Positions 1 through 12,560 of a stretch of DNA of 64,000 nucleotides are shown piece by piece. The translations under genes and the position numbers were made by a program. The stretch comes from Heterodontus francisci (Eukaryota): the NCBI RefSeq assembly GCF_036365525.1, contig NC_090413.1, forward strand, positions 28,906,262-28,970,261. The letters are read 5' to 3'. The first letter of the stretch is position 1. Every line of letters starts with the position of its first letter. The notes under the pieces are model-generated. The model searched no databases and was not told the DNA's origin. It saw only the letters and a program-made list of their open reading frames with translations.

Positions 1-815
1 GCTACATTTTCCTCCAAATCATTTATATATACTGCAAACAGCAAAGGTCCCAGCACTGGTCCCTGCAAAACACCACAAGTCACAGCCCTCCATTCAGAAA
101 AGTACCCATCCACTGCTACCCTCTGCCTATGACAGAGCCAGTTCTGTATCAATCTTGCCAGCTCATCTCTGATCCTGTGTGACTTCACCTTTTGTACCAG
201 TCTGACATGAGGTTTCTTGTCAAAGGCTTTACTGAAGTCCATACAGACAACATCCACTGCCCTTCCTTCGTCAATCATCTTCGTCACTTCCTCAAAAAAC
301 TCAATCAAGTTAGTGAGACACGACCTCCCCTTCACAAAACATGCTGCCTCTCGCTAATAAGTTCATTTGTTTCCAAATGGGAGTAAATCCTGTCCCGAAG
401 AATCCTCTCTAATAATTTCCCCACCACTGACGGAAGCCTATAATTTCCTGGATTATCCTTGCTACCCTTCTTAAACAAAGGAACAACATTGGCTATTCTG
501 CGGTCCTCTGGGACCTCACCTGTAGCCAATGAGGATACAAAGATTTCTGTCAGGCCCCAGCAATTTCTTCCCTTGCCTCCCTCAGTATTCTGGGGTAGAT
601 CCCATCAGGCACTGGGGACTTATCCACCTGAATGCTTTGCAAGACACCCAACACCTCCTCCTTTTTCATAACGACATGACCGAGACTATCTACACTCCCT
701 TCCCTACACTGTCCTGCTTCTCTATTTTTATGACCAAAGTGAACAACTTCACACTTCCCTACATTATACTCTATTTGCCATCTTGTTGCCCACTCACTTA
801 ACCTGTCTATGTACT
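1..815 (-). mobile_element. CR1 LINE ORF2 fragments
   Basis: ANVVPLFKKGSKDNPGNYR..SVVGKLLERI, DKSPVPDGIYPRILRE and LSEWATRWQIEYNVGKCEV motifs. Confidence 0.85.
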
Positions 816-1090
816 GAAGATATGTGCTGAATTTCTCAAAAATCTTGTCCCAGTTTTTACTACCATTCTCATTCATTTCCCAGCTATTGAAAAGATCTTA
901 TCCTTTCTCCCCTGTCCACAGAAGGCTGTAGCTGACCTTTTCCTCTTTCTGGGGCCTTTCAGAAAACTACTGAATGTCAATTTGCACTTTTACTTAAACT
1001 TTTCGAATGCTTCCACAACGTCATTGGCCTCCCATTTGAACACAGGCTGGAACTGTGTGTTCATTGCTGTGGCAGCGGCTGACTTGTTTT
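816..1090 (-). mobile_element. Decayed Gypsy-type gag fragment (also at about 47970-48245)
   Basis: PVFKWEANDVVEAFEKFK..CKLTF, KVSYSLLWTGEKG.DLFNSW and KIFEKFSTYL. In the right copy it is collinear with the pol remnants at 44200-47180. Confidence 0.55.
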
Positions 1091-1258
1091 ACACACGATT
1101 TACACTTTTGTTTTCTGGTACTACCCGTTTCCCACCAGTGCAGTTCAGTACCTCACCTAATACACTGCAGTACTATTCATAGTCTAAAATATTTCACACT
1201 GCCTTCCACCCTACTTAAGATTCTGCAATCAACTGTTAGAACAAGAGTTTTCACTTAC

Positions 1259-1534
1259 TGTATACTGTGACCACCTTTTTCTCCTCCTTCAGCTGACGAC
1301 CGTCTGATTTACAGATTACACTGCATGGTGCTGCAAAATCCCATTTCTGCACACTCGGGAAATAATCTGTGGACCAGTTAGTGCCATTTCTTCTGTTTGG
1401 ATGTATCCCTGATTTATATTCCACTGTCATTATCGGTTCTGCACATGTTGTACTGCAGTTCACCTCTAAAGAGTCTCCAAATTCCACAGCTGAGGGGTTT
1501 GTGTCAATCCAAACCTCAAATCCAGTTACACTTG
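1259..1534 (-). CDS. Gene A (paralog) exon 2, Ig D1; the gene continues beyond the left edge
   Basis: Identical to 48416-48691 except one synonymous change (1473 vs 48630). Splice sites intact. Confidence 0.9.
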
Positions 1535-1684
1535 CTGTCAGGGAAAAAACTCACAGTAAACATGGGATATGGAATCCATTCAATATAGGACCTGTTAAGA
1601 GTAACTCCCTGAAATAATAGCACATTTCTAATTAACCCAATAGGCAGGTTGCTTTTTGAAAGCAAGACACATATTCTGTGCAAT

Positions 1685-3045
1685 TCATAGAACCATAGAA
1701 ATTTACAGTACAGATGGAGGCCATTCAGCCCATCGAGTCCATGCCAAGCGAAAAAGAGCTATCCTGCTTAATCCCACATTCCTGCTCTTGGTCCGTAGCC
1801 CTGTAGATTACGGCACTTCAATTGCATCTGTGATGAGGGGTTTTGCCTCTACCACCCTATTGGGCAGAGATTTCCAATCCCCCCACATCCTCTGGCGAAA
1901 GGATTTCTCCTCAACTCCTCTCTAAACCTGCTACCAATCACTTTAAATCTATCCCCCTGATAATTGTTTCTCTGCTCAGTGAAATAGGCCCTTCCTATCC
2001 ACTCTATCTAGGCCCCTCATGATTTTATACATCTCAATTAAATTCCCCCTCAGCCCCCTCTGTTTCAAAGAAAACAACCCCAACCTACCCAATCTTTGCT
2101 CATAGCTAAAATTCTCCAGTCCTGGCAACATCTTTGCAAACCTCCTCTATACGCTCTCAAGTGCGATCACATCCTTCCTGTAATGCGGTGACTAGAACTG
2201 TACTCAGTATTCTAGCTGTGGCCTAACTAGTGTTTTATACAGTTCTCGCATCACCTCCCAGCTCTTATAATTTATGCTTCGGCTAATAAAGGAAAGTATT
2301 CTGTATACCTTCTGAACAAACTTACCTACCTGTCCTACTACCTTCAGGGATTTGTGGGCATGCACTCCAAGGTCCCTCTGTCCCTTTACATTTCACCGTA
2401 TCCTACCGTTTATTGTGTATTCCCTTGCCTTGTTTACCCTCCCCAAATGCATTATCTCACACTTCTCTGGATTGAATTCCATTTGTCACTTTTCTGCCCA
2501 CCTGTCCATTGATATCTTCCTGCAGTTTACAGCTTGCTTCCGCACTATCAACCACACAGCCAGGTTTTCCATCATCTGCACACATCTTACTCATACCCCC
2601 TATATTTAAGTCTAAATTATTTATATGTAGCATGAAAAGCAAGAGACCTCATACTGAGCCCTTCAGAACCCCACAGGAAACAGCTCTCCAGTCACAAAAA
2701 CACCTTTCAACCATGATCCTTTGCTTCCTGCTACTGAGACAATTTTGGATCCAATTTGCAACTTTCCCTTTGATCCCATGGGCTTTTACTTTTCTGACCA
2801 GTCTGCCTTATGAGACATCGTCGAAAGCCTTGTTAAAATCCATCCAAACTACATCAAATGCCCTGATCAACCCTCCTTATTATCTCCACAAAAAATTCAA
2901 TCAAGTTAGTCAGACTCTACCTTCCCTTAATAAATCCAAGCTGACTATCTTTAATTAATCTGTGCCTTCCTAAATGATGATTTATACGATCTCTCAGAAT
3001 TTTTACCGCTAATTAGTCCACCTACGAGTTTAGGCTGACTGGCCA
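1685..3045 (-). mobile_element. CR1 LINE 3' portion (copy at about 48842-50200)
   Basis: Degenerate RT (INNLDLNIGG..KMCADD) and a CR1 3' tail. Confidence 0.8.
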
Positions 3046-4584
3046 TTTAGTTGCCCTCACTGCACCCCTTGCTGTTACTGCATCAATATGATATATCAGC
3101 CTATTTTTTGATCTCAAATATTGGCTTCTCTTGTTCACCTTAATCAAAGTGCTCTGAAAGGGGTAGATCTTACCGACAACCTGCACTGAACTGTTGTTTG
3201 AGGAGGTGACATCCCAGATTAGTGGAAGAAACTAGTTGACATAGAATCAGAGAATAAGGAAATTGTTTCTATAGGCACTCACTGAGCATCCAACAAGCAC
3301 TGTTCCTCAGATGTGATGCTCACAGGAGGGGACAGCTGCTTTATTCTATCTTAGACCAATTGAAATAACCCTTAGTAACTCCAGACTGAGGCCTGCCCTC
3401 TAAGTGGACCATGCACCTAAATGTTGGGCAGGAAATCCCGGAGCATCTGTCAGCCTCAGCCTTGAAAAGCCACAGCCAGAAGGCTTTGAATGCTTTAAAT
3501 CATCCTGCGGTTAGGGAGGAAGTGGTGAAAAATTGAAACACAAAACTGCCTGGATTAACTTTCACCTGCCCTTGGACCTCCACAGAACTCCGGTGCACCT
3601 GGCTTAATCATTGCATCAGCTTTGATCAAGCACCCCAAAGCTTGAGAACTCAACAGTTGTAAAAATAAGAGAAAGAATTTAGAGGCTGGGCATGTCCACT
3701 TTCACATTATTGAAAAGGTTATACTGGGTCCAAGCCTGCTACAGCCACAGATCCAGTTGAATCCAGTGCGGAAATCACAGGGCAATGGGAGCAAAATTCA
3801 CGTCCATTGTTCTGGAGAATGTCAGTTTCCTGATGTGGGAAGAGGGAAGAAGGAAGTGGGGATCACCCCCCACCCACCAGCCTTTCTGGACATTGGCCCT
3901 CGAGGGGGTTGCACTTTAAAAGCACTAGATCAGGTGAAGAAAATGCAGGTATAGCCACCCAAAGAAGCACAGTAGTAGGAAAAAGTAGGACGACTTGTGT
4001 GCATTATATACATTGTTGTAGCAGAACAGAAATGTGCGCTTCTGTTGCGGTTTGCTATTTCTAGAGGTTAGTGTCATGCAGGAAAGGTGATTTTAGTGAA
4101 ATGGAAAGCGGGCATTTTTAATAAAAGGTGGCCAATCTACAAATGGCAGTCTTCCAGACAGCAAATTGAAAATCTGTCCCAATGTAGGATACTGTCTAGA
4201 ACTTCTCTTCCATTCCCCAGCACACAAAACAATAAACATGGTAGAAAATAGTAACCGTCAAACTGACAAAGTACATTGATCACAAGGCAAACTAATATTA
4301 TAAATTCACCATCTGTAGGACTGATTTAAGGTACATTTACGAATGAAGCGAATCCCTGACTGTCTGCCTGTTTTTGTTTCATTTCTATCTTTCTCATCGT
4401 TATTTAGATTGAAATTTCTATTTCCTGTTCTCAAACAAACTATTCAGTATGACGGGAAAGCAGTAACGGTTGATCACAGAATAAAACTAACAGCTATCAT
4501 TTTAACTGGATGAAAACCATATAATACTACTTGAATCTATGTAAATAAATAAATATTGCGTATATTTAAAAGCATTTTACCTAC

Positions 4585-4654
4585 CTGTTAGAATAAAAAG
4601 TAATGTGAAAAGCCAATTACATTCAATCGGCGAAGTTATTCTAAAATCCATCAT
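4585..4654 (-). CDS. Gene A (paralog) exon 1, signal peptide
   Basis: Identical to 51757-51826, including the CAG|GTAGGT donor. Confidence 0.85.
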
Positions 4655-4822
4655 TGAATTTCTGAAGAATATGTGGTCTGTATTTACTATGATCCTAAAA
4701 ACTTCAGAGACTTTAGAGTCATTGAATAAATCTATCTTAACTCTCCGCGCTGTACCAATTTATTTGTGGACTGACTGAGCACTTGTATTCAGTGTTGTCG
4801 GTGAATGAGTGATCGACCAGCC

Positions 4823-4870
4823 CTTCCGGTGATTAACCCCCAACTGCCAGTGCGGGGAATTTCCACGCCC
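4823..4870 (-). promoter_or_regulatory. Proximal promoter module of gene A: ETS, NF-kB and KLF/Sp motifs
   Basis: GGGGAATTTCC at 4854-4864 and an ETS core at 4823-4830, the same as in gene B. Confidence 0.65.
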
Positions 4871-4959
4871 AGTCTGTACTTGTCAATCTTTCAAAATTCT
4901 ATCCACCTCACATAATGCTGAATAATTATTGAACATGTCATTCACTAAAACCACCAAAC

Positions 4960-5168
4960 TACTGACCACCTAACTTCTCCAGTGGTCCCCACATTAACTA
5001 CATTGTTAACGGTTGTCTGTCTTTGGGTGCTGTGCCTCTCTCCTTTATGTGTGCTGTCATCATCCTTCTCTTTAGAAAAAACAACCCTTGACCTCACAGT
5101 CCTTGCAAACTAAAGCGCCATCTCCATCCTCCCTTTCCACATCAAAGCTCTTGAATGTGTTGTTGCCT
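4960..5168 (+). mobile_element. L2 LINE RT fragment (copy at about 52120-52330)
   Basis: IVNGCLSLGAVP..TLDLTVLAN..ISILPF..KALECVVA, an L2-type motif. Confidence 0.6.
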
Positions 5169-5784
5169 GAAGGTGAAAAACACCCTTAATTTTGGTCTGG
5201 ACAAGACAACCAATTAAGCCAACAGGGCATTTAGATAGTAAGTCCAGAAAATATATTAAAAGTAAAATCATAGTTAACAAACTTAGGCAAATAACTTTAC
5301 AACTCTCGCAGGTGATGTGAAGACCCCCTCAGTCTACCTGGTCTAATAGTTCTTTTGTTCTCCACACCACGTGCTGGTGTTCTTCTACTTCTGTGAATCT
5401 TCTTGGTCTCTGTACACTGAAACCTGATGAGGCTCCTGTTTTTAACCCCTTTCTGACCATCATGCACCCGAGCAATCAGGGGCAAGCTGGCCTAGGAATT
5501 GTTTCTAGCTATTACAAGCCTTATTAGATTGTTTTGTAATTATGACTTCAAATTGAGATCAGACACCTGGGAAACATGAACAAAGGAGTACTCATACTGT
5601 CCAACACTTTGGCTGAAATATTGTCTCTTCTGCACAGAACTTCATTCATTCTCGGAGATACCATCTGATTAATGTTGCCTTGAACTAGCAAAGGGTTACT
5701 TAGAGTGCATAATGCCTTGCTTAATATGGATGGCCAGCTGTTCTGACCACAGCAGAGTTAAAAAAGAACTGACTGTTTAAACAC

Positions 5785-6885
5785 AAAGAAGAAAGGCTGG
5801 AAATACTCAGCAGGTCTGGCAGCATCTGTGGAGAGAGAAGCAGAGTTAACGTTTCAGGTCAGTGACCCTTATCAGAACTGGCAGATATTAGGTTTTAAGC
5901 AAGTAAAACGGGGGGTGGGGCAAGAGATAACAAAAGAGAAAGTGTTGATAAGATAAGATCACAAAGAATAACTGACCAGAAGGTCATGGAGCAAAGGCAA
6001 ACGGTATGTTAATGGTGTGCCCCAGACAAAAACATGAAAAAAAACAGTAGAAACAAGCTCAACAAACTAAAATAAAATAAACACATAAAAAAGAAAAAAG
6101 GAAAAAAAAGAAAAAAAACTAAAAATAAAAGTTAAAAGGGGGGCCTGTAATGCTCTGAAATTATTGAATTCAATGTTCAGTCCAGCAGGCTGTAGTGTGC
6201 CTAATCGGTAAATGAGGCGCTGTTCCTCAAGCTTGCGTTGATGTTCGCTGGAAAACTGCAGCAATCCCACGACAGAGACGTGAGCATGAGAGTGGGTTGG
6301 GAGGGGTGGGTGTTGAAATGGCCAGCAACCGGGGTCATGCTTTTGGATTGAGCGGAGGTGTTCCGCAAAGCGATCACCCAGTCTGCGTTTGGTTTCCCCA
6401 ATGTAGAGGAGACCACATTGTGAGCAGCGAATACAGTATACTACATTGAAAGAAGTACAAGTAAATCGCTGCTTCACCTGAAAGGAGTGTTTGGGGCCTT
6501 GGATAGTGAGGAGAGAGGAGGTAAATGGGCAGGTATTACACCTCCTGCGATTGCAAGGGAAGGTGGCTTGGGAAGGGGACGAGGTGGTGGGGGTAATGGA
6601 GGAGTGGACCAGGGTGTCGCGGAGGGAACGATCCCTTCAGAATGCTGACACGGGAAGGGAGGGGAAGATGCGTTTGGTAGTGGCATCACGCTGGAGGTGG
6701 TGAAAGTGGCAGAGGATGTTCCTTTGGATGTGGAGGCTGGTGGGATGGAAAGTGAGGACAAGGGGAACCCTGTCGCAGTTCTGGGAGGGAGGGGAAAGGG
6801 TGAGGGTAGAGGTGCAGGAAATGGGTCGGACATGGTTGAGGGCCTTGTCAACCACAGTGGGGGGAATCCTTGGTTGAGGAAAACA
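5785..6885 (-). mobile_element. Penelope-like element, GIY-YIG endonuclease end and terminal repeat
   Basis: VVYCIRCSQCGLLYIGETKRRLGDRFAEH and RKLEEQRLIYRLGTLQPAGLN, preceded by DRVPLVLTFHP. Confidence 0.9.
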
Positions 6886-9800
6886 GAAGACCCTGAGAGG
6901 GTACTGCTAGCAAAGTTACAATTGGAACAAAGGAAACTTGAATTAGAGGGAAAAGAGAGAGATAGGCAGGAGAGGGAGAAAGAGAGGGCCTTCCAAAAGG
7001 AACGTGAAGAAAATAAAAGGCAGGCGAGAGAGAGAGAAAGGATATTCTGGAAAAATGCAAAGAAAGACAGTTAAGGCAGCTTGGGTTAGCTCGGGGGTGA
7101 CAGAGTAACCCTAGTGAAGGGGTGGTAGAGGCAGGAACCCTCACAATGGAGGAGCACAATTCAGCACTGGGTACAAGATTGTTCAAACTTGCTCAACTAA
7201 TTCCAAAATTCAATGAGGAAGATGTGGAAGCGTTTTTCGTGTCCTCCGAGAAACTGGCAAGGCAGCTAAAATGGCCAGCTGAGACCTGGTCTCTCTTATT
7301 GCAAAGTAAACTAACTGGAAAAATCCATGAGGTTTATTCCTTGTTGCCAGATGAGAGTTCATCAAATTATGAACTGACCAAAAAGGCTACCCTCAGGGCA
7401 TATAAATTAGTACCCGAAGCCTATCGCCAAAAGTTTAGAACCCTCAAAAAACAAGTCAATAAAACTTATCTGAAGTTTGAAAGAGGTAAGCAGCTGCCTT
7501 TTGCCAGTGGCTGAGGGCTTTAAAAATACAGTTCAGCTATGAGACTCTCAGAGAAGTATTCCTGTTGGAGGAATTTAAAAACTCTCTCCCACTCTCAATA
7601 AAAACCCATGTAGAGGAGCAGTGGGTTCAGGGAGCCTGGCAAGTGACCGTTTTGGCCAATGAATTTGCTTTAATTTATAAGCCGGTTTCCCAGGGATGAA
7701 CCTTTCCTAATCACCCCCACAAATCTGTAAAGGACAAAGGGTGGGAAGGTGATAGAAGCCCAGGCAGTCCTGGAAGAGAAAGGAAAACAGGAGACACAGG
7801 GGGTCCTCCTCCAGCCAAAAAAGGAAGGTGCTGTAAGCAAGAGTGAGACCCAGAAATCTGTGTGTTTCCATCGTAATAAAGCAGGGCATTTAAAAGCTGA
7901 CTGCTGGAAACTAAAGGGGAAACCGGTAGGGTTAATCAGGGTACATCCGCTCAGTGCAGATGGGACCCTGATATAAAGCACAGAACAAGCTGTGGCTTTA
8001 ACTGTAGTAAGAGTGCAACCCAGGAAGCTTACTACAGCCAGTGCAGGAAAAGGTACTAAGTTTCCTGAAGGTTATCAGGGTTTTGAATTTGAAGGGAAAG
8101 TTAACCCCATATCCTTCGAGTGGGGCAAGCAAGCCCATAGTGATTCTCAGGGGCACAGGGGCTACCAGATCCCTTCTACTGGGAAAAGGCCTGACATTTC
8201 CCCCAGAGAGTGCAGTGAACACCAAAATGGTGGTGAATGGTATTGGAGGGCAGTGTATGCCTGTACCTGTACACCGGGTGCACCTGGAGTGCGACCTAGT
8301 TTTGGGAGCAGTGACTGTCGGGATTGTCTCTAGTTTGCCTGTGGATGGAGTTGACCTGCTCCTAGGTAATGATCTGGTGGGGGTGAAGGTGGTAACCCCA
8401 CCCAGTAGTGAAAGAAAGACCGCAGGAGGTCAGAGAGACAGGGCGGTGCCAGGAGACGGTCCCCTGTAGAGTCCCTGAATGTATAATGGGTCAGGCCCTG
8501 ATAAAACCAGCTGCCTCAGAGGAGTTCTGATGAAGCCGCCAGACCTGCTGAGCATTTTCAGCATTTTTTGTTTTTATTTCAGATTTCCAGCATCTGCAGT
8601 ATTTTGCTTTTATTATCCCCCAGAGGGGACTGCTTTGGCATTGCAGGCAAATGACCATGAGGTCTGCCTGTCCGAGACTTTCTTTGGAAAGTTAGGAGAC
8701 CCAGGGAATGAACTAAATGGATTTTCCCGGTATTGCGAGAGTTGGCATAGCGCGCCGAACCTGAAAGTGAAGCAGAGGGAGTCCCTGATTGCGACTATAT
8801 AAAGGATGAGGTACTGATGAGGAAATGGAGTTCTCCTCACAGACCTGAGAGCAAGGAGTGGACAGTAGTTCACTAGTTAGTGGTGCCACAGAGGTACCGG
8901 AGAGAAATATTAAGGGCCCACGAGACTACAGTGGCTGTACATGCCGGTACACGAAAGACCAAAGTCCGCATAAGACAGCAGTTTGACTGGCCAAAACGCC
9001 ACAAGAATGTGGTGGAGTAATGCAGGAGTTGCCACATGTGCTGGGTTGAGGGAAAATCCCCACCTACAGTGAAACCTGCACCCCTATGTCCTGTATTGGT
9101 GTTAGGAGGACCCTCCAGCAGAGGGCTGGTGAACTGTAAGGGACCCCCGACGAGAACAAAAGGGGACAGGCAGACACATGGCTGGCAAAAGTTTAGTAAG
9201 GGAAGGGGAAAGGTAAGCAAGAGGGCAGGTTAAAGGAAGTCCGGGAAGAATCCCGGGTGAAAACCCCTACGGTCTGGTCAACCAATCCAGAAAAATATGA
9301 AAAATCAGACTCCACATCCTCCTATGTGAATGCAGACTCTAGAAGCACCCCACCAGAGTTGCTAACAGCATTTACAGGAACCTGCAGAGACAAAGAGAGA
9401 CATCTAGGGGCCAGAGAAACCGTGAGAGTGAAGCCTCACCCAGTCGAAGTGTCATAGGAGAATGAAGTTAAGTCTGCACAAATACCTGCATGTAGGAATG
9501 TCCCGGAGCACAAAGGGGAGAGTAACAAAGACTCTTCCCCCACAGTTAGAGGAAAAGGGAACCACCCATCCCTTGAAGCCAAAAGTCTTTGCATGAAACT
9601 GGGAGTTCAGGATAGACCTGCCCCCCCCTACAAACCCTCCTGAGGAAAAAAGAGAAAATTAAAGTAGCCATGGCACCCAGAACAGACCATTTTTAATAAG
9701 CTGTAAGATTGGTGAATGAATGGAAACGCATGTCTTTTCTTTCTGTATGTTATATTTCTCTCAAACACTGTAATGAAATGCGCCATTTTCCCTCAAATTG

Positions 9801-10652
9801 TATTTCATTTCCCTGGGTGTGGAGGTGGCAGGCAAGCCCCCTCCCCCCCCCCCGCCACTTACCAAGACTGAAGCACACATTATTTCGCCACATGAGCATT
9901 AAAACTTAAAATTGCAAGCCCCTGACTGGAAGGACATTTGTATAGTACTAGCAGTGTTGGAACAATGGGGACCCAGTCGTTGCTTCCCCAATACACAGAA
10001 GTGGTCAGACCAGTTTTAGTCACATGACTAACTGGCCGTTGCAGAGAATTTGAACTTCCAACAAAGGATTTTAAGTCAGACAAAGCCGTATGCTCAAAGA
10101 GTGAAGATTTCTCCTGGAACTGAAAGAAGAATTACTTCCTCTCCTGTCTGCCTGCTCCATCTCCTTCCCACGGAACTGAATCTTGTGAAAACATGTGAAA
10201 CTCAAAGAGAAATGTCTCCTACGTGAACAAGGTTTAACAAGAACACTGGTCCCTGACGAAAGCAAGACTACTTACAAAAAGACTAAACCGTGCGCTTGAA
10301 GCACTGTAATAAGATATTGCCTCAAACTGCTCCACCTTATCTTTTCTTCTCTTTTCTGACCCTATCTGCATGTGTATATTACGTGTGCATGCTAGTGTGG
10401 GCATGTCGTATAGCCATAGACGTGAACCGTATTAGAGTTTAAGTTTAAGTTTTAAATAAATTTATTTTTTTCTTCTTAGTACCTGAGAAAACCTGGTGTG
10501 CTCATTTCTTTGCCTTATAATTAGAAACTGTGAACAAGGATTCACAAAAAGGGGAGCTCAAAACGCAATGTGTTTAAAATTAAACTCTGTTACAATAAGA
10601 CCAGGTGAAGATATAACAGATCCCGAGACGCATTTCTCACCTGTTCATAACA
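6886..10652 (+). mobile_element. Gmr1-like Gypsy LTR retrotransposon, deleted and degenerate; 3' LTR at 9826-10652
   Basis: gag (IPKFNEEDVEAFF..KWPAETWSLLLQSKLTG, SCAN-like helix region, degenerate CCHC), protease (LRGTGATRSLL), and then directly the integrase HHCC region. Purine tract followed by a TG...CA LTR. Confidence 0.85.
8525..8616 (+). mobile_element. Short Penelope terminal-repeat fragment inside the Gypsy element
   Basis: gacctgctgagcattttcagc...tttcagatttccagcatctgcagtattttgctttta is the reverse complement of the 14768-type ends. Confidence 0.75.
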
Positions 10653-11029
10653 GTATCATTCCGCTTGATGTTTGACGTTTCCAAGACATTAAGAATAGAG
10701 AGAGAGAAACTATTTCTGCTGCTTGAGGAATCTACAACTAAGGAGCATAGTCTAAAAATTAGAGCCAGATCTTTCAGGAGTGAAATTAGGAAACACTTCT
10801 TCATGCAAAGGGAGGTAGAAGTTTGAAACTGTCTTCTGCAAATGGCAGTTGATGCTAGATCAATTGTTAATTTTATATCTGAGAGGGATTTTTGTTCACC
10901 AAACGTATTAAGGGAAATCGGGCAGATCGCAGGCAGATCAGCCATAACCTCACTGGATGACAGAACAGGCTCGTCCAGTTCCTATGTATTCGGGTTGTGA
11001 ACAGGTTTAGGGTTAGGGCTGTGATTCCT

Positions 11030-11320
11030 GCCTCTCTCCCTGCTTCTCCCTCTTCCTCTCCCTCCCATTCTCCCTCCCTTCCACTTTCATCCTCTCAGCT
11101 TTCCACCCTCTCACTCTATGTCGCCCACTCACCCTCCTTCCCTTTCTCCCCCTGCCTCTTTCCCTGCTTCCTTCTTGTCCCTCCCCCTCATCTCCCTTTC
11201 CCACCCTCCCTTCCTTCCCTCCATCTCTTTCCCTCTATCTCCCTCTCCTGCTGTCTACCATTCCCTTTCTCCCTCCAATCCTTCCCTCTCTCTTCCTCAC
11301 TCCTTCCTCTGTCTCCCTCC
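11030..11320. repeat. Polypyrimidine low-complexity tract (also 11680-11760 and 59470-59770)
   Basis: C/T-rich simple sequence. Confidence 0.85.
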
Positions 11321-11324
11321 AGTT

Positions 11325-11662
11325 GGCACAGTGGTTAGCACCGCAGCCTCACAGCTCCAGCGACCCAGGTTCAAATCTGGGTACTGCCTGTGTGGAGTTT
11401 GCAAGTTCTCCCTGTGTCTGCGTGGGTTTCCTCCGGGTGCTCCGGTTTCCTCCCACAGCCAAAAAGACTTGCAGGTTGATAGGTGAATTGGTCATTATAA
11501 ATTGCCACTAGTATAGGTAGGTGGTAGGGGAATATAGGAACAGGTGAGGATGTGGTAGGAATATGGGATTAGTGCAGGATTAGTATAAATGGGTGGTTAA
11601 TGGTCGGCACAGACTCGGTGGGCCGAAGGGCCTGTTTCAGTGCTGTATCTCTAAATCTAAAA
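11325..11662 (+). mobile_element. tRNA-derived SINE (HE1/V-SINE type)
   Basis: A/B-box head, central gtggagtttgca..gtgggtttcctccgggtgctccggtttcctccca domain and a CR1-derived 3' tail. Confidence 0.88.
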
Positions 11663-12279
11663 AAATCTTAATACCCACTATCCCTCCCTCTTCCTCCCTT
11701 TGTCTCCCACTCCCTCCCTGTCTCCCTCCCTCTCCCTCCTCCCTCTTGTCCCCCACCTCAGCAAATAAACCAAAAAGGGAATCAAGCATCTATGAGAATT
11801 AGTTTATAAAGAAAGAGCCTCCTGGTGAGTGTGGAACCACAAATACCACTTTAACCCAGAAACTGCCCCAGTGCCCTTCCCAGAATCATGTGACAGAGAA
11901 GCAACAAAAGCTGAGGAGGGAGCTCTAAGCTTATTTAGAAGAAATACCAACAGACTCAAAAATTACATGGAAAGAAAAAGGGAAATAAATACATGAACTG
12001 AGTTTCCAGGATAAAGTGCTTGGCCCTAAGCTGTATTATTTTCATCTTAAGGTCACCAAATATAAAGTGATGTGATTGCACATGATCCTCAGGATTAAGT
12101 TGTGCATTTACAAAAAGAACACATCTGGTGACAACAGTGGTGTTGCCGGCAGTTTCCACAGGTGCCTGCACAGATTTCAGCTCAATGCACACCGTTAATA
12201 ATCCCCACATTTCTGAAACCTTAAACTCTAACACTAACCCCAAGAGTTAACCCTAATGAAATTGATGGGGTTGTTATAT

Positions 12280-12560
12280 GTCACGTGTTCCATCAGTTGC
12301 CCCTTTTGGGAACCCTGCCATTCTGTAGAACTGAACTGCATGCTCTCAGGTAATAAACTGTGAGGTCCACGTGAGAATAGCATCAATGACCTTCTTTCTA
12401 CAAAGGTGCACTGCTGCCTGACTAATGTGACAAAATTCATCTGAGGTTCCTTGGAAGGCTCCTATGGCAAAAAATATTCGAGCCAATGGTCACTTTCATG
12501 GCTACAGATAATGCTGTGGTCCTGGTAGAGGTGGCTGCAGGTCTCGAACCAGAAGTTGGT
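12280..12560 (-). mobile_element. Harbinger/PIF transposase fossil (copy at about 59885-60170)
   Basis: Frameshifted ALSVAMKVT..FA.GAFQGTSDEFCHISQAAVH.C.KKVI.AI....SQFI..FYRMAGFP.GATDGT, which follows the HARBI1-family HTH and first catalytic Asp region. Confidence 0.7.

Larger units (their letters stand above)
714..5782. repeat. Segmental duplication block 1, left copy (partner about 47871-52944)
   Basis: Near-identical sequence at an offset of about 47157. Many ORF-track entries recur at this offset. Confidence 0.95.

Noticed and set aside
10997-11802. Pro/Ser/Leu-rich ORFs (also 59316-59829)
   Set aside because: Translations of polypyrimidine tracts and SINE sequence.
11956-12243. 95-aa minus-strand ORF
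   Set aside because: No recognisable domain, and largely deleted in the paralogous copy.
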